Part shown: positions 38,761 to 52,182 of the stretch, piece by piece
How the letters are laid out: every line of letters begins with the position of its first letter
Position numbering within the stretch: position 1 is the first letter of the stretch
Assembly: GCA_028826165.1 (NCBI GenBank)
Contig: JAPDFW010000026.1
Location: forward strand, 1-64,000
Source: Anaeramoeba ignava BMAN
Lineage: Eukaryota > Protista > Anaeramoebae
DNA: 64,000 bases
Reading direction: 5' to 3'
Notes under the pieces: generated by a model
Databases searched by the model: none
What the model saw: only the letters and a program-made list of their open reading frames with translations
Told to the model about the DNA's origin: nothing
Made by a program: the position numbers and the translations under genes

Positions 38761-41512
38761 ATGTTTGATTTTGATTTTGGAGAAGACCCAATTCTTGATG
38801 AAAATTTATCATTATTAATTGAATACACAAAAAAAGAAGATTTAGAAAATTTACAAAAAGTTTTGACTGAATTTGAATCAACAAAAGAATTAAGTGAACC
38901 TTTGAACTTAAACACACCACTTCATTTTGCTTGTGAAACTCAAACAAAAAAATGATTGAATTGCTTATTGAAAAAGGAGCTGATGTTAATTTTCTAAATG
39001 AGGATGAACAAAATTGTCTTCATATTGCTGCTAAATATTCAAATTCTCCAGAAATCATTGGTTTTTTATTTTCAAAAGGTGTTAGATATTCAAAAGATCA
39101 TTTTAAAATGACACCTTTAATTTATTCTTTGTCTCATCATGAACCAAATCTTGAAACAATGAAAATTTTATTTGCAAATGGAGCTAAAATTACCGAAACT
39201 GTATAAAAAAAATCAAAATATAATTAAAAAATATTTTTTGAATAAAATATTTTTGAATATTTGGATTAGAACCCAAAAAAAATCCCATTGTTGTTCGTCA
39301 TAATAAAAGCAGTCACTGATGAAGCAATATATGATTTCTTAATAGAAAAAGGCGCGGATATAAAACAAACTTATAGAGATAGAACATTATTAGATCATGC
39401 TATTCTTCTAGATCACAAAATAGAGTTTTTAAAATACTTGATCAAAAAAGGAATTAGTCCAAAAAGAAAACCCAAAAATACATTGCATTCACTTTTCCAC
39501 AAAATGGGAACAACAAAATCAACCAGCAAAGAAGTTCTTGATTTGTTCCTTTCGCACGGAATTGACCCACTTGCAGACAATGGATCAAATACTTTACTTG
39601 CTATTTGCATGAGAAATCAACAAAATATCGAAATTCTCAAGTTGATTTTGTCATATCTTTCCAAAGAACGAATCCAAGAATACGAAACAAAGAATCCTGA
39701 ATATTCACTACTTTTTATTGCACTTGAATCACGATCCACTTTTGAAACATTCAAAATATTAATTGAAGCAGGAACAAACATCAACATAATGACATCAAAA
39801 GGAACTCCTTTATTAAATGCAATAGAAAGAGGACTTGATCCTGCAATTCTGAAATTTATGATTGAAAATGGAGCGCTTTCGATAAATACGATCGATCAAT
39901 CCATGCCCAATCAATACTTGCTTAATAGAACACTCCACGATTTGGTTCGATACAAAAGAGATCGGGAACTTATTGACATGCTTCTTAAAAAAGGCGCAAT
40001 CGCAACAACAGATATTATCATCTCATCAATTGAAGACTTTGATGTATTCATTTATTTTTTGGATTTGTTTCCTGGTAATTTCCCTATTGTCGACCATTTT
40101 TGGACAATTTCTAATCATCGCAAGTCTCTTACATTTGAACAAATCAAGATTGTTCTTACTTATCTAAAGGATATCAATGAAGTCAACAAATACAAGGAAA
40201 CTTTCCTTCATCGTTTTGTGAGGAGTAAATTATTTAATAAGGAAGCACTTGACTATTTCATTTCCAAAGGAGCAAATCTTTTTCATAGAGATGATTCTTT
40301 CAAAACTCCTTTTGAACACTACTTGTTTGGAAATTGTTCAATGTATGAAAAAGATACTCAATCAATGAAGGAGATTATTCGTATTTTCATCAAGCAAGGA
40401 GCTGATGTCAATTTTATAAAACCAGAAAATGGCAATCATATTTTACATTTATTAGTTGCTTATAATTGCTTTCATATTGAAGTTTGGGAAGAATTACTTC
40501 CTTATATTCGTAAAATTCCAAAATATAAAAAATTAAAATTTTAATTAAAATTAAGATTAAAATTAAAAATAAAATAGAAAGAATTGATCCAATAAATAAG
40601 GAGTTTAGAAATCCTGAAGAAGAATTATTTTTTGATCTAAAAACTTATGAATTTGAAGATGACTCATATACTCAAATGGGATTTAATTTATTGCATTTCT
40701 TAAAACTTTTCAAATCTTATTCAGAAGATTATCTAAATTTCCTTGAAAGACAGGAATTGAAAGATTTGGAAATTGGATTTGCTTGTGGTTCGAAATTTAT
40801 GGTTCATCGATTAATTTTAGAAAAAAGAATAGGAAAGCAAAACATTGACAAATTCATTCAATTCTCATCACAAAAAACAAAAGAAGAAATGATGCCTTTT
40901 TTGAAATGGATTTATTCAGGTCAGTTTGCAGATGAAGAGTTTGAAAAGAAACAACTTGATGAATTTAACAAAGCAATTAAAGAACATAAAGAAATTTCTG
41001 ATTACATAAATGATTTCAGATATGAAAAATTCGATGCAACAAGATTTTTGGTTTACGAAAAACAAAAAGAGGATTTTAACCACATTTTCAATTTCCTCAA
41101 AGAAATTAATGCAGTTGAAACAGAAGAAGAAATGAAGGCAAAATCATTAACATCTGGAGTAATCAATGATCTTAAGCAATTATATCAAGATGAAGATTCA
41201 AAGGATTTTGTGATCGTGACTGAAAAAGAAAGAATTAAGGTTCACAAACTTGTTTTGATGGCAAGATCTGAATTATTTAGGGGAATGTTTGTTAGTGTGG
41301 AAGACAAAACGAATCAAGTTAGTGATTACAGTGGGAAAAGTTCTGAATCAATTAGTCAACTTATCAAGTTTTTATATTTTGATAAATTTGATAATGATCT
41401 TTCTTTTGAAGTTATTGAGGATTTGAAAGAGTTGAATATCTATTATCAATTAAATCAAAATTCAAGTTTTGAAAAACTTCTTCAATTCCAAAAAAATTTC
41501 AAAGAAATTTAA
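38761..41512 (+). CDS. Ankyrin-repeat + tandem BTB protein
   Basis: Ankyrin motifs (NTPLHFACE, QNCLHIAAK, GTPLLNAIE) and C-terminal BTBs (VHRLILEKR; VHKLVLMARSELFRGMF). Introns are 39201-39269 and 40510-40577. One frameshift lies in an A-run at ~38946-38952 (probably a sequencing error). Confidence 0.85.
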
Positions 41513-41677
41513 ATCAAAAAAAAAAAGCAAATTTATTATTTTTATTTTTAATTTTTATTTTTATTTTTTTTAAGAAAATCAATAACAAAAAATTAATTTC
41601 TTCTTCTTTCAGAAAGTGACAACAAAAAAGAAGGAAAAGACAGCATAGAATAAAAAAGGAAGTGATTTTTTTCTTTT

Positions 41678-43029
41678 TCATTTTTTTTGATTAAAAGAGG
41701 GGTTAATTTGAGTTGAATAAGAAGTATTAAAATTTTCATTTTGCATCATCATTATTATTGGGTGAGTAGTTGGACTTGCATAAACAGGTTGAGAATGAAA
41801 GTAATTAAAAGAAGGATCAAAAAAATAACTTGAAGTTGAATAATTTATTTGTGGATTTTTTTGTGAATTTTGTTTTGTTTGATTCTCTTTATTTTGTGTT
41901 GATAAGTTTAGAAGTGATTGAACTGGCATTTCCATTAATGGTTCTTTTGTTTTTTTGTTTTTGGGATTTTTTTGTTGAGGTGATTTGGCTATATTTGCTG
42001 TTGAATCGGTATTTTCTTGAAATTTTGAAAATGCTTCTGAATATGAAGGTGAATTTAATTGATTTTTTATATTTTTATTTATATTATTATTTAGATTATT
42101 ATTTTTTGATTTATATTTAGATTATTATTTAGATTATAAATTATTATTTGAAATTTTATTATTTAAATTATTTTGATTTATATTTTGATTTTGATTTTGA
42201 TTTTGATTTATATTTTGATTTTGATTTTGATTTTGATTTTGATTTTATATTTTGATTTTGATTTTGATTTTGATTTTGATTTTGATTTTGATTTTGATTT
42301 TGATTTATATTTTGATTTTGATTTTGATTTTGATTTTGATTTTGATTTTGATTTAAATTTTGATTTTGAATTTTGATTTAAATTTTGATTTTAAATTTTG
42401 ATTTTGATTTTGATTTTGATTTTGATTTTGATTTTGATTTAAATTTTGATTTTGATTTTGATTTTGATTTTGATTTTGATTTTGATTTAAATTTTGATTT
42501 TGATTTTGATTTTGATTTAAATTTTGATTTTGATTTTGATTTTGATTTTGATTTTGATTTTGATTTTGATTTTGATTTTGATTTTGATTTATATTTTGAT
42601 TTTGATTTATATTTTGATTTTGATTTTGATTTTGATTTTGATTTATATTTTGATTTTGATTTTGATTTTGATTTTGATTTTGATTTTGATTTTGAAAAGA
42701 ATTAAAATAATTTTGTTGATAATTTTGATTAAATTGAGGATTAAAAGGAAAATGAGAAAAATTTTGATTTCCAAAAAATTGTTGGTTTTGTTGAAGATAA
42801 AGTTGGGGATTTTGTTGGAAAAGCATTTGTTGTTGTTGGTAAAAACGTTGTTGTTGTTGTTGCATAAATTGTTGTTTTACTTTTTCGTTATTTATTTCTT
42901 TTTTTTCTTCTTCATTTTTTGTTTGATTTGTTATTTCATTTTCATTTTTATTTTCATTTTCATTTTCATTTTCATTTTCATTTTTATTTTTATTATTTCC
43001 ATTTCGATTTTTGTCATTTTTTTATTCAT
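41678..43029 (-). CDS. Low-complexity N/Q-rich protein (frame broken within (AATCAA)n repeats)
   Basis: ORF pieces 42353-42865 (Q/N/F-rich) and 41678-41935 are linked by similar coding-like sequence. A possible ATG is at 43029. The frame is unresolved. Confidence 0.4.
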
Positions 43030-43339
43030 TTTTTTGAATTATTTTGTTTTAAAAATTTTTTTTTTATTTTTAATTTTTAATTTTTAATTTTTAAAAAAGA
43101 ATTAAAATAAATTTAATTGTTTTATAAAATTTTGAGAAAAATGAAAAATAAAAATGAAAAAAAAAATTAAAAAAAATTTTTTTCTTTATTCTTTTCATTT
43201 AAAAAGAGAAAATAAGAAAATTTTTTCTTTTTCAACTTTTTTTAATTAATAATTAGTTAAAATTTTTATTTTAAAATATTGTAATTAATTTTGCAAGTAA
43301 TTTAAATCTTTATTTAATATTTTTATTATTAAATTTTTA

Positions 43340-45590
43340 TTAAAATTTGATCAAATAAAAAATAATCAAAAAAAATTTTTTCAATTTTCTTCTTTTATTT
43401 TTTAATTAATTTTTAATAATATTTAATTTAGATTAATTTTAATTTTGATTTTTATTTTGAATTTAATTTTTGTTTTGATTTTGATTTAATTATTTTAATT
43501 ATTAAATTTTTATTAAAAATAATCAAAAATATTTAATTTAATTTTCTTCTTATTTTTTTAATTTTTAATTATATTTAATTTTAATTTTATTTTAAATTAA
43601 TAATTTTTTAAAAATCTTTAATTAATTATTTTAATTTAAATTTTTATTAAAATTAGATAAAATAAAAAATAATCCAAAAATATTTAATTTAGTTTTCTTC
43701 TTATTTTTTTAATTTTTAATATTTATTTAGATTTTTGATTTAAATTAATAATAATAAATAATTTTTAAATCTTTAATTAATTATTTTTATTTAAATTTTT
43801 ATTAAAAATTTGATAAAATAAAAATAATCCAAAAATATTTAATTTAATTTTCTTCTTATTTTTAATTAATTTTTAATAATATTTAATTTTTATTTTGATT
43901 TAAATTAATAATAATAAATAATTTTTAAATCTTTAATTAATTATTTTAATTTAAATTTTTATTAAAAATTGATCAAATAAAAATAATCCAAAAATATTTT
44001 ATTTAATTTTCTTCTTATTTTTAATTAATTTTTAATAATATTTAATTTTAATTTTGATTTAAATTAATAATAATTTTTAAATCTTTATTTAAATATTTTT
44101 ATTTAAATTTTTATTAAAATAGATCAAATAAAAATAATCCAAAAATATTTTATTTAATTTTCTTCTTATTTTTAATTAATTTTTAATAATATTTAATTTT
44201 AATTTTGATTTAAATTAATAATAATAAATAATTTTTAAATCTTTATTTAATTATTTTTATTTAAATTTTTATTAAAAATAGATCAAATAAAAATAATTCA
44301 AAAATATTTTATTTAATTTTCTTCTTATTTTTAATTAATTTTTAATAATATTTAATTTTTATTTTGATTTAAATTAATAATAATAAATAATTTTTAAATC
44401 TTTAATTAATTATTTTATTTTAAATTTTTATTAAAATTAGATCAAATAAAAAATAATCCAAAAAATATTTTATTTAATTTTCTTCTTATTTTTAATTAAT
44501 TTTTAATTATATTTAATTTTTATTTTGATTTAAATAATTTTTAAATCTTTATTTAAATATTTTTAATTTAAATTTTTATTAAAATAGATCAAATAAAAAT
44601 AATCCAAAAATATTTAATTTAATTTTTTTTCTTATTTTTTTAATTTTTTAATAATATTTAATTTAGATTTTTAATTTTGATTTAAATTAATAATACATAA
44701 TTTTTAAATCTTTAATTAATTATTTTATTTTAAATTTTTATTAAAATTAGATCAAATAAAAAATAATTCAAAAATATTTTATTTAATTTTCTTCTTATTT
44801 TTAATTAATTTTTAATTATATTTAATTTAGATTAATTTTGATTTTGATTTAAATTAATAATAATAAATAATTTTTAAATCTTTAATTAAATATTTTAATT
44901 TAAATTTTTATTAAAATTAGATCAAAATAAAAAATAATCCAAAAATATTTTATTTAATTTTCTTCTTATTTTTAATTAATTTTTAATTATATTTAATTTT
45001 AATTTTGATTTAAATTAATAATAATAAATAATTTTTAAATCTTTAATTAAATATTTTTATTTTAAATTTTTTATTAAAAATAGATCAAATAAAAAATAAT
45101 CCAAAAAATATCTTATTTAATTTTCTTCTTATTTTTAATTAATTTTTAATAATATTTAATTTAGATTTAATTTTAATTTTGATTTAAATTAATAATAATA
45201 AATAATTTTTAAATCTTTAATTTAAATATTTTAATTTAAATTTTTATTAAAAATTGATCAAATAAAAATAATCCAAAAAATATCTTATTTAATTTTCTTC
45301 TTATTTTTAATTAATTTTTAATAATATTTAATTTTAGATTTTGTTTTAAATTAATAATAATAAATAATTTTTAAATCTTTAATTAATTATTTTAATTTAA
45401 ATTTTTTATTAAAAATAGATTAAATAAAAAATAATCCAAAAAATATTTAATTTAATTTTCTTCTTATTTTTTAATTAATTCTTAATTATATTTAATTTTG
45501 ATTTTGATTTAAATTAATAATAATAAATAATTTTTAAATCTTTAATTAAATATTTTAATTTAAATTTTTTTTAAAATTCTGATAAAATTC
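43340..45590. repeat. AT-rich satellite, ~150-170-bp unit, ~14 copies
   Basis: gatcaaataaaaataatccaaaaatat...ttttcttcttatttttaattaa...tttttaaatctttaattaa recurs at ~43348, 43656, 43812, 43971, 44122, 44281, 44440, 44587, 44750, 44920, 45083, 45256 and 45418. Confidence 0.9.
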
Positions 45591-45657
45591 TGTTTTAAAA
45601 ATAATTCAAAAATATCTTTTTTAATTTTCTGTTTTATTATTTTTAGTTTTAAATTTT

Positions 45658-45771
45658 TGTTTTAAATTGATTTTGTTTTAAATTGATTCTGTTTTAAATT
45701 GATTCTGTTTTAAATTGATTTTGTTTTAAATTGATTCTGTTTTAAATTGATTCTGTTTTAAATTGATTTTG
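45658..45771. repeat. 16-bp tandem repeat (GTTTTAAATTGATT(C/T)T)n
   Basis: About 7 copies directly after the stop codon of the 45776-46355 gene. Confidence 0.8.
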
Positions 45772-45775
45772 CTTT

Positions 45776-46355
45776 TCAATCTTGCTTCTGCTTTGAATGC
45801 TCTAGTCTAAAAGCTCGACTATAAAAATAACTCCAAATAAAAACAAGAACCAAATAACCAGCAATAACAACCCATAAAACCCAAAACCAAGAAAGTTGAT
45901 GATTTGATAAATTTTCCATAAAAATAATTTGGAATAAAACCAAAAGAAACAAAAGGAGAATTAAATGAAAAACTTCGAAATACTTAATCGCTTTTTCAAT
46001 AGTTTTTTGCTTTCTTTCTTCAGAAAACCAATATTCTTTATTAGGAACTTTAAACCTTCCTCTTTGAAAAAGAAATGAAGTCAAAAACTTGAAAAGAACA
46101 AAAATTGCAATAGAAACAATTAAATAAGATCCAATTAATAATTTTTTACTTGATATCCAATCTGGTTCGAGCTGTAAAAATTAAAAAAAAAAAGCAAAAA
46201 AATTTTAAATTAATTTGAATTTTGCTTTTTTTTTTTTTTTTTAATACTTTAAAATTATAATGAACTGCAACTTGATCTGGTAAAACATAAAAATAATATA
46301 AAGATTGTAAAATTGAGAGAAAAAATAGAAACAAAATTAAAATAGATAAAATCAT
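45776..46355 (-). CDS. DUF1648-like small membrane protein (~167 aa), two exons
   Basis: Exons 46355-46248 and 46171-45776 join in phase 0, giving YFYVLPDQVAVHYNFKLEPDWISSK and later KVPNKEYW. Four TM segments. Confidence 0.7.
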
Positions 46356-46432
46356 TTTGGGAAAAATTTTTGAAAAAAAAAAAAAATGAAAAAAAAAATA
46401 ATTTTAAATTCATTTTTTTTTTAAAAAAGAAA

Positions 46433-49400
46433 ATGAATGAAGATAATCTAAATTGGATAGAAAATCTTACACAAAAAAAATTAAATCTTAATTTTGATAT
46501 GAATGAACTCTCTCAAGTTTTAGTTGAATTGATGAAAATAATTGAAGAAAATCAAGGAATGTAAATAAATTAAGAAAAAAAAATTTATAATGAAAAAATA
46601 AATTCATTTTTTTTCTCAATTTCTTTTTTTCAGTTTAAATCCTCTTCCTTTTAATGAAAATAAAAAAAGTGCATTGGAAAACTTTAACTGGATAATCAAA
46701 ATTTCGAAAAATTTAGGAATTCTTGAAAAATCTTGTTTTGATCCAGAAGAAGTTATTGAAAATCAAAATTTTCAATTGATCAATAAATTTGTTTCCAAAA
46801 TGAAAAAAATTTACGAAATCAAAAATTCGCTTGAAAAAATCAATTTCCTGAATTTTTATTCTCATTTGATAAAAACGGAAGAAACCATTTCACAAGCAAT
46901 TCTTGTTGTGACTGATTTATTTGAAGGAAGCATGAGCATTGATTGCTATTATTTCCCAGAAACTCTTTCAAAATTATCTGAATTTGCTTATTTTCAACGA
47001 AAAATATTGGAAATCATTTCAAAAAAACTGAAGAATCAAGTTCTCCTCTTTTTAGAATCAGAAATCAACAAAAAACAAACTTGTATTTTTACTTCTGAAA
47101 TGGGATATTTTCGCGATTCGAAAAAAATATCAAAAATTATCAAGAATTATTATGAAGAATATAAAGAATATAAAGAGATCGATAAAGAAAAACCTGTTTC
47201 TTTATCGGAAATACTCGTTTCCAAGAAATTGAAAAAAGGGAAATATATATACGAGGCTTTAGCTGGAAATTTACCTGTTTTGGATCAAAAGGAGTTTGAT
47301 GTTATTGTTCAACAGAAAGTTCAAGACCAGTTGCAAATAGAGAATCAAAAGATATCTTTTGATTCCAAAAATATTCGGATATTTTCCAAAAATTCCGAAA
47401 TACAAAAAAAGATTTCGAATTTAGATGTAAAATTTAAATTATCCAAAAAAACAATTTTTTTAAATTGAAAAAAAAAAAAAAACTTTGATTTAGATTGTGG
47501 AATATATCGAAGATACTCATTTTCTACAGATCAGGTTTCTAAATCAAGAAGCACCTTTGGAAATCAAATTTGAATTCGAAATACTGGGGATGCTTGTTAA
47601 AAAAATGATTGTATATTTAAAGGAAAGACAGAAAACAGTTGGAAAAATAAAATCAAAGGAATTTGAATCATTGAGGAAATATCTGCATCAAGATGATTTG
47701 ACGAATAAAAACGACTGGATGGGCAACAAGGAAGAAAACACGAAAAAAGACGAAGAGAGGAAGATGGAACAAGTAGGAATAGAAGAAGAATACAAGCAAA
47801 AAATGCTTTTGGAAAAGAAGCAAGAGAATATTTGCAAGGGAGAATTGAAGATTCGAAACAATTTCGCAGGAGGAAAAGCAGAATTCAAAGACGTAGGAAT
47901 CGAGCGTGATCAATACATATCGAAATGCTCGATTGAATTATTCTCGTATTTCTTCACAATCGAGAATTGGGATGGTGAAAAATCAGTGTATCGTTATGAT
48001 CAAAAAGATTTCGAAATTGATCTTGATCAAAATGAGATCCAAAAAATAGTGATCAAAGAAGACGGTAAGGTGATACTTAAAATTGTGTTCAGCAGCGGAG
48101 CAGAGAAGACAATTTTTTGGAAGACATACTTATTGTTCAAAAAATATCCAGGTCGTTTTGTGGAATCGTGGGATATTTGTGGGGAAATAATCGACGAAAA
48201 TCAAGAATATCAAATACTTGCGTTTCGGTGCTGGATCAACACGGAGGCAAGCTTCCAGATCCGAGTGATGGATCCGTATATGCAAGCGGTGCCTGCAGTT
48301 CTTCGGTTGAGCAAGTCGCATCTGGGGATCTTTGTCCGTGATACACAACCGGACATCTTGAAATGGACTGATTTCTCAATGGAAATCAATACTCAACCAA
48401 AAGACACAAAATTACTTGAGGTTGTTCTCAAAAAGATTGAGAATTCACTCTCCTATTTTTTCGTCTGTGAATCAAAGTCTCAGCAAAACTTAATCTTGCA
48501 CTGCTTGCGGACGTTTTACGATTTCCAAGTGATGATCCGCAAAAAAAATAAAAACACAAAAGAACTTCCAATTGTGGATGAAGATGTTGAGGAAATTGTT
48601 GTCAACGAAATGCAAAAAACCGCCGCGATGAATAACTCTAAATGGAGCTCTGAAGGCACTTTTCCGTGCTCAAAATATCATTATCCGGTGATTCTCAGAA
48701 AGGATCTTAAGCAGGAGATCCAAATCTATTCACCGTTATTTACAAAGACAGTTGAACAAACACAACGATATGAATCAAAACATATTTTAACCGCCACAAG
48801 CTATTTGTATGTGCCCTACTACGAGCAGCAGAAAAATCCCACTTTGAAAACTCGTGTTATGGACCAAATCGTGGTTCGAATTTTGGACTCCCATTTGCAA
48901 ATCGTGTCAATGGGGAAAATTGTTTTATTTGACACACATTTTTCGTTGGAATTCGGGCCAACAATCATCTTGCGCTTCTACAGCTTCTATTCCAAGGCAA
49001 TCATCGATAAGCTCAATCCTCTTCAGTGCAAATTCTGTGTAGATGAGATCGATTACATCAACATCTCGTTTCCTTCTCAAGAACTTGCGCGTTTATTCCA
49101 CAAGAAATTTCAACTTTTCCGGAATTTGTATTTGATTCAAGACTCAAACATGCAAATCACACACAAATTCCCATGTGTCTTCATCACCAAGGAGGAAAAA
49201 TATCCAGGCTCAATCAAGCTTAAATGCGACCGAATCAAGATTGACTCGGATGTGGATCATCTTGTGCTGGAATACTCGCTTAGCAACGAAGCGGTTGTTT
49301 TCCAGTCACAAGAAAATTCAATTGATCTCAAGTTATCAGAGTTAACATCGTTGCTTCTCCGTTTCCCCGACACTACAACTATGAACCAGTTCACAAGATC

Positions 49401-52149
49401 CTTTGAGGAGCTCAAACTCAGGTATTTCTCATACTCAATCGGACAGCAATTCTTCAGATTCTCTCTTGTTCTTGAAGAAATCGCAAAATTCTCATCTTCT
49501 GAACTCTGTGACTTCATTCTCACAAAGCAAAGAGTCACCATCTTCCACAGAAACAATACTGTCGAGACTTACAAACTCGCCGATTGTTTCATCTACGATA
49601 TCCCCAAAAACAATGAATGCAAAATGCAGCTTTTCCACTCCAAATTCGTAATTCTTTCTTTTCCCGACAACTCCACAAAAACAGAATTCATTGAAAAATC
49701 AATTGATTTCGGACTCGAAGCCTTTTTCGAGAACTCCTCTTGGAATTTCGCCATTTTCCTTCACGAAAAGGGACCCAACTCAACATCCAAAAAGGGTTTA
49801 CTTTATCTGAAAGAAGATTCAATCGTTATTGTGGATGACTCCTCAAAATATCAAAACTCAATCACCGAGACTGAGATCCTCACTCATCCAAAACACAATC
49901 TACTTTTGCAAATATCCTTCATCGATCAGCGAAGTTTTGTTGTATCGTTTGAAGACGAAGCGAGAAAACAGCTTTTCATCAACAACTTCAGGAAAGTCAA
50001 CCTCAACATCCTTCACAAGCACCAAAAAAAAGAGGGTTATGAATCTGATGCTGATGAATCTGATCCAAAATCACCTCAACAAGACCCTCAACTTCCATCC
50101 AGTTTCCTCATCCTCATCTGCGATCAAGATTCACACCCTTCCAAAACAGCATCTCTTTCTCTCACTCCCTCAGGAATATTAATATCCTCTTCTTCTTTTC
50201 ATGTTTTCTCAACATACAATCACTTCGCAATTAAAACACACTCAAAGAAAAAAGACTTGATCCGCCTAGAATTCCCAGATACATCCTCCTTAACAATAAA
50301 ATTCCCCGATAATCTCATCGTTGACAATTTTTTCCTCAATTTCAATCTTTTCAGCAAGAATCAAAATTTAAATAATCAAAATCTACAAAATCAAAATTTA
50401 AATAATCAAAATTTACAAAATCAAAATTTACATAATCAAAATTTACAAAATCAAAATTTAAATAATCAAAATTTAAATAATCAAAATTTAAATAATCAAA
50501 ATTTAAATAATCAAAATTTACAAAATCAAAATTTACAAAATCAAAATTTACAAAATCAAAATTTACAAAATCAAAATTTAAATAATCAAAATTTAAATAA
50601 TCAAAATCTACAAAATCAAAATTTAAATAATCAAAATTTAAATAATCAAAATTTACAAAATCAAAATTTAAATAATCAAAATTTACAGAATCAAAATTTA
50701 CAAAATCAAAATTTAAATAATCAAAATTCACAGAATCAAAATTTAAATAATCAAAATCTAAATAATCAAAATTTAAATAATCAAAATTTAAATAATCAAA
50801 ATTTACATAATCAAAATCCCTATTTGTTAAACATTAAAAAATTCAAAGTGATTCTCAACGGAAAATTTGAGCAATTATCGGATTTCCAGAATCAACAAGC
50901 TAAAATCATCTTTTTTCAAGACAATCTATTTAAATTCGAAACAAAATCAACAGAAATAAAATTAACAAAATCAAAGATATTCATTGACAATCAGCAAATT
51001 ATTAATTTGCAAAACTCTCTCGAAAACGAAAAAAATATCCATTTCGAAACAAAAGAAATGAAAGTGGATATTTCATTCAATTCAAAAGAAGAAAAAATCC
51101 AATTCATGCAATTATCACAGAAAGCTGAATCCAAAACTAACATCCAAAAAAATTCTGAGATTGAGAACCTGTTTTTCAATGTTTTCATCCAGGAAAGCCA
51201 AACTACCACTAAAAAACAAGCTGAAATCAAACTTACAAAAAACAAAATCATCGTTTCTTATCAAAATTCAAATCAGACAACATTTTCACTTGCAAATATT
51301 TCCCAATTCTTTTTAGACCCAAAACACGAATCTCTAATCAGACTCCAATTCAGAGATTCATCAACACTTGGCATCCATATGAAAAGCAAAGAAGAAAGAT
51401 CCATTTTTTATGCGCATTTCCAAACAATCGCAAATCAAATCCAACAAAACCCAAATCAACCAATCAAACTTCTCCAAAATAAAAAATACAACATTAAAAT
51501 CCTTAAAGGATTTTTCCATTCAAATATTTCTGCCAGAATGTGGATCGACTCAAATGAACTGAAATTAGATTTGAATCCCAAGTTGATGAGTTTCCAAATT
51601 TTCCCAACAAAAACAAGGATATTCAGCGATCCAAAAAATGCCAAAAAAGCATCAATTTCATCAACAAATCGCAAAAAAACCCAAATCACATTTGAATCTG
51701 AAAAAGAAAAAATTGAATTTATTGAGTTATTGAATTTCTCAATTAAATGTCTTCGCAATTTCCAAAAGGAATCAAGACCAAAAAGAAAAATCATACAAAA
51801 CAGCAATTTACAAAACAAAAATGAAAGGAGTTCGGAATCTTTTTCATCTTCAATAATAATAGATCAATCTGAAAATACTTTTGTTTTCAACGTTCAAATT
51901 TTGCATGATCAATTTACCTTTTCAGATGGTGAACTAATTTTGAATCCAAAATATATTTCGTTAAAAGATGAAAGAGCTCAAAAAATTTCAGATAATCTTT
52001 CTGATTGTTCTGTTACTTTTGATCCTGACAAAAATATTATTGCATATATTCATTTCAAAACAGAAAAAAAGAAAATTGGATTTCGTGATGAATCTTTAAA
52101 AATGAAATTCCAAAAAAAATGGGATGAATTTATTAAAATAAAAAATTAA
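46433..52149 (+). CDS. Large (~1858 aa) protein: N-terminal calponin-homology-like domain followed by many PH-like repeats
   Basis: Exons 46433-46560, 46634-47426 and 47494-52149 total 5577 nt in frame. CH-like segment SALENFNWIIKISKNLGI..FDPEEVIENQN. Recurrent ~90-100-aa units end in 'xFxxxxxKxxF' helices. Domain calls are inference. Confidence 0.75.
50359..50818 (+). repeat. Coding 15-bp tandem repeat (NQNL[N/Q/H])n, ~30 copies
   Basis: aatcaaaattta(aat/caa/cat) is repeated in frame. Confidence 0.9.
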
Positions 52150-52182
52150 AAATTATTTTTTCATTTTTTTTCTTTTTCAAAA

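Noticed and set aside
38940-38960. Programmed frameshift at AAA-AAA-TGA
   Set aside because: A single missing A in a homopolymer explains it, and similar indels occur elsewhere in the window.
42173-43087. + strand ILIL/DFDF ORFs
   Set aside because: Antisense readings of the (AATCAA)n NQ-coding repeat.
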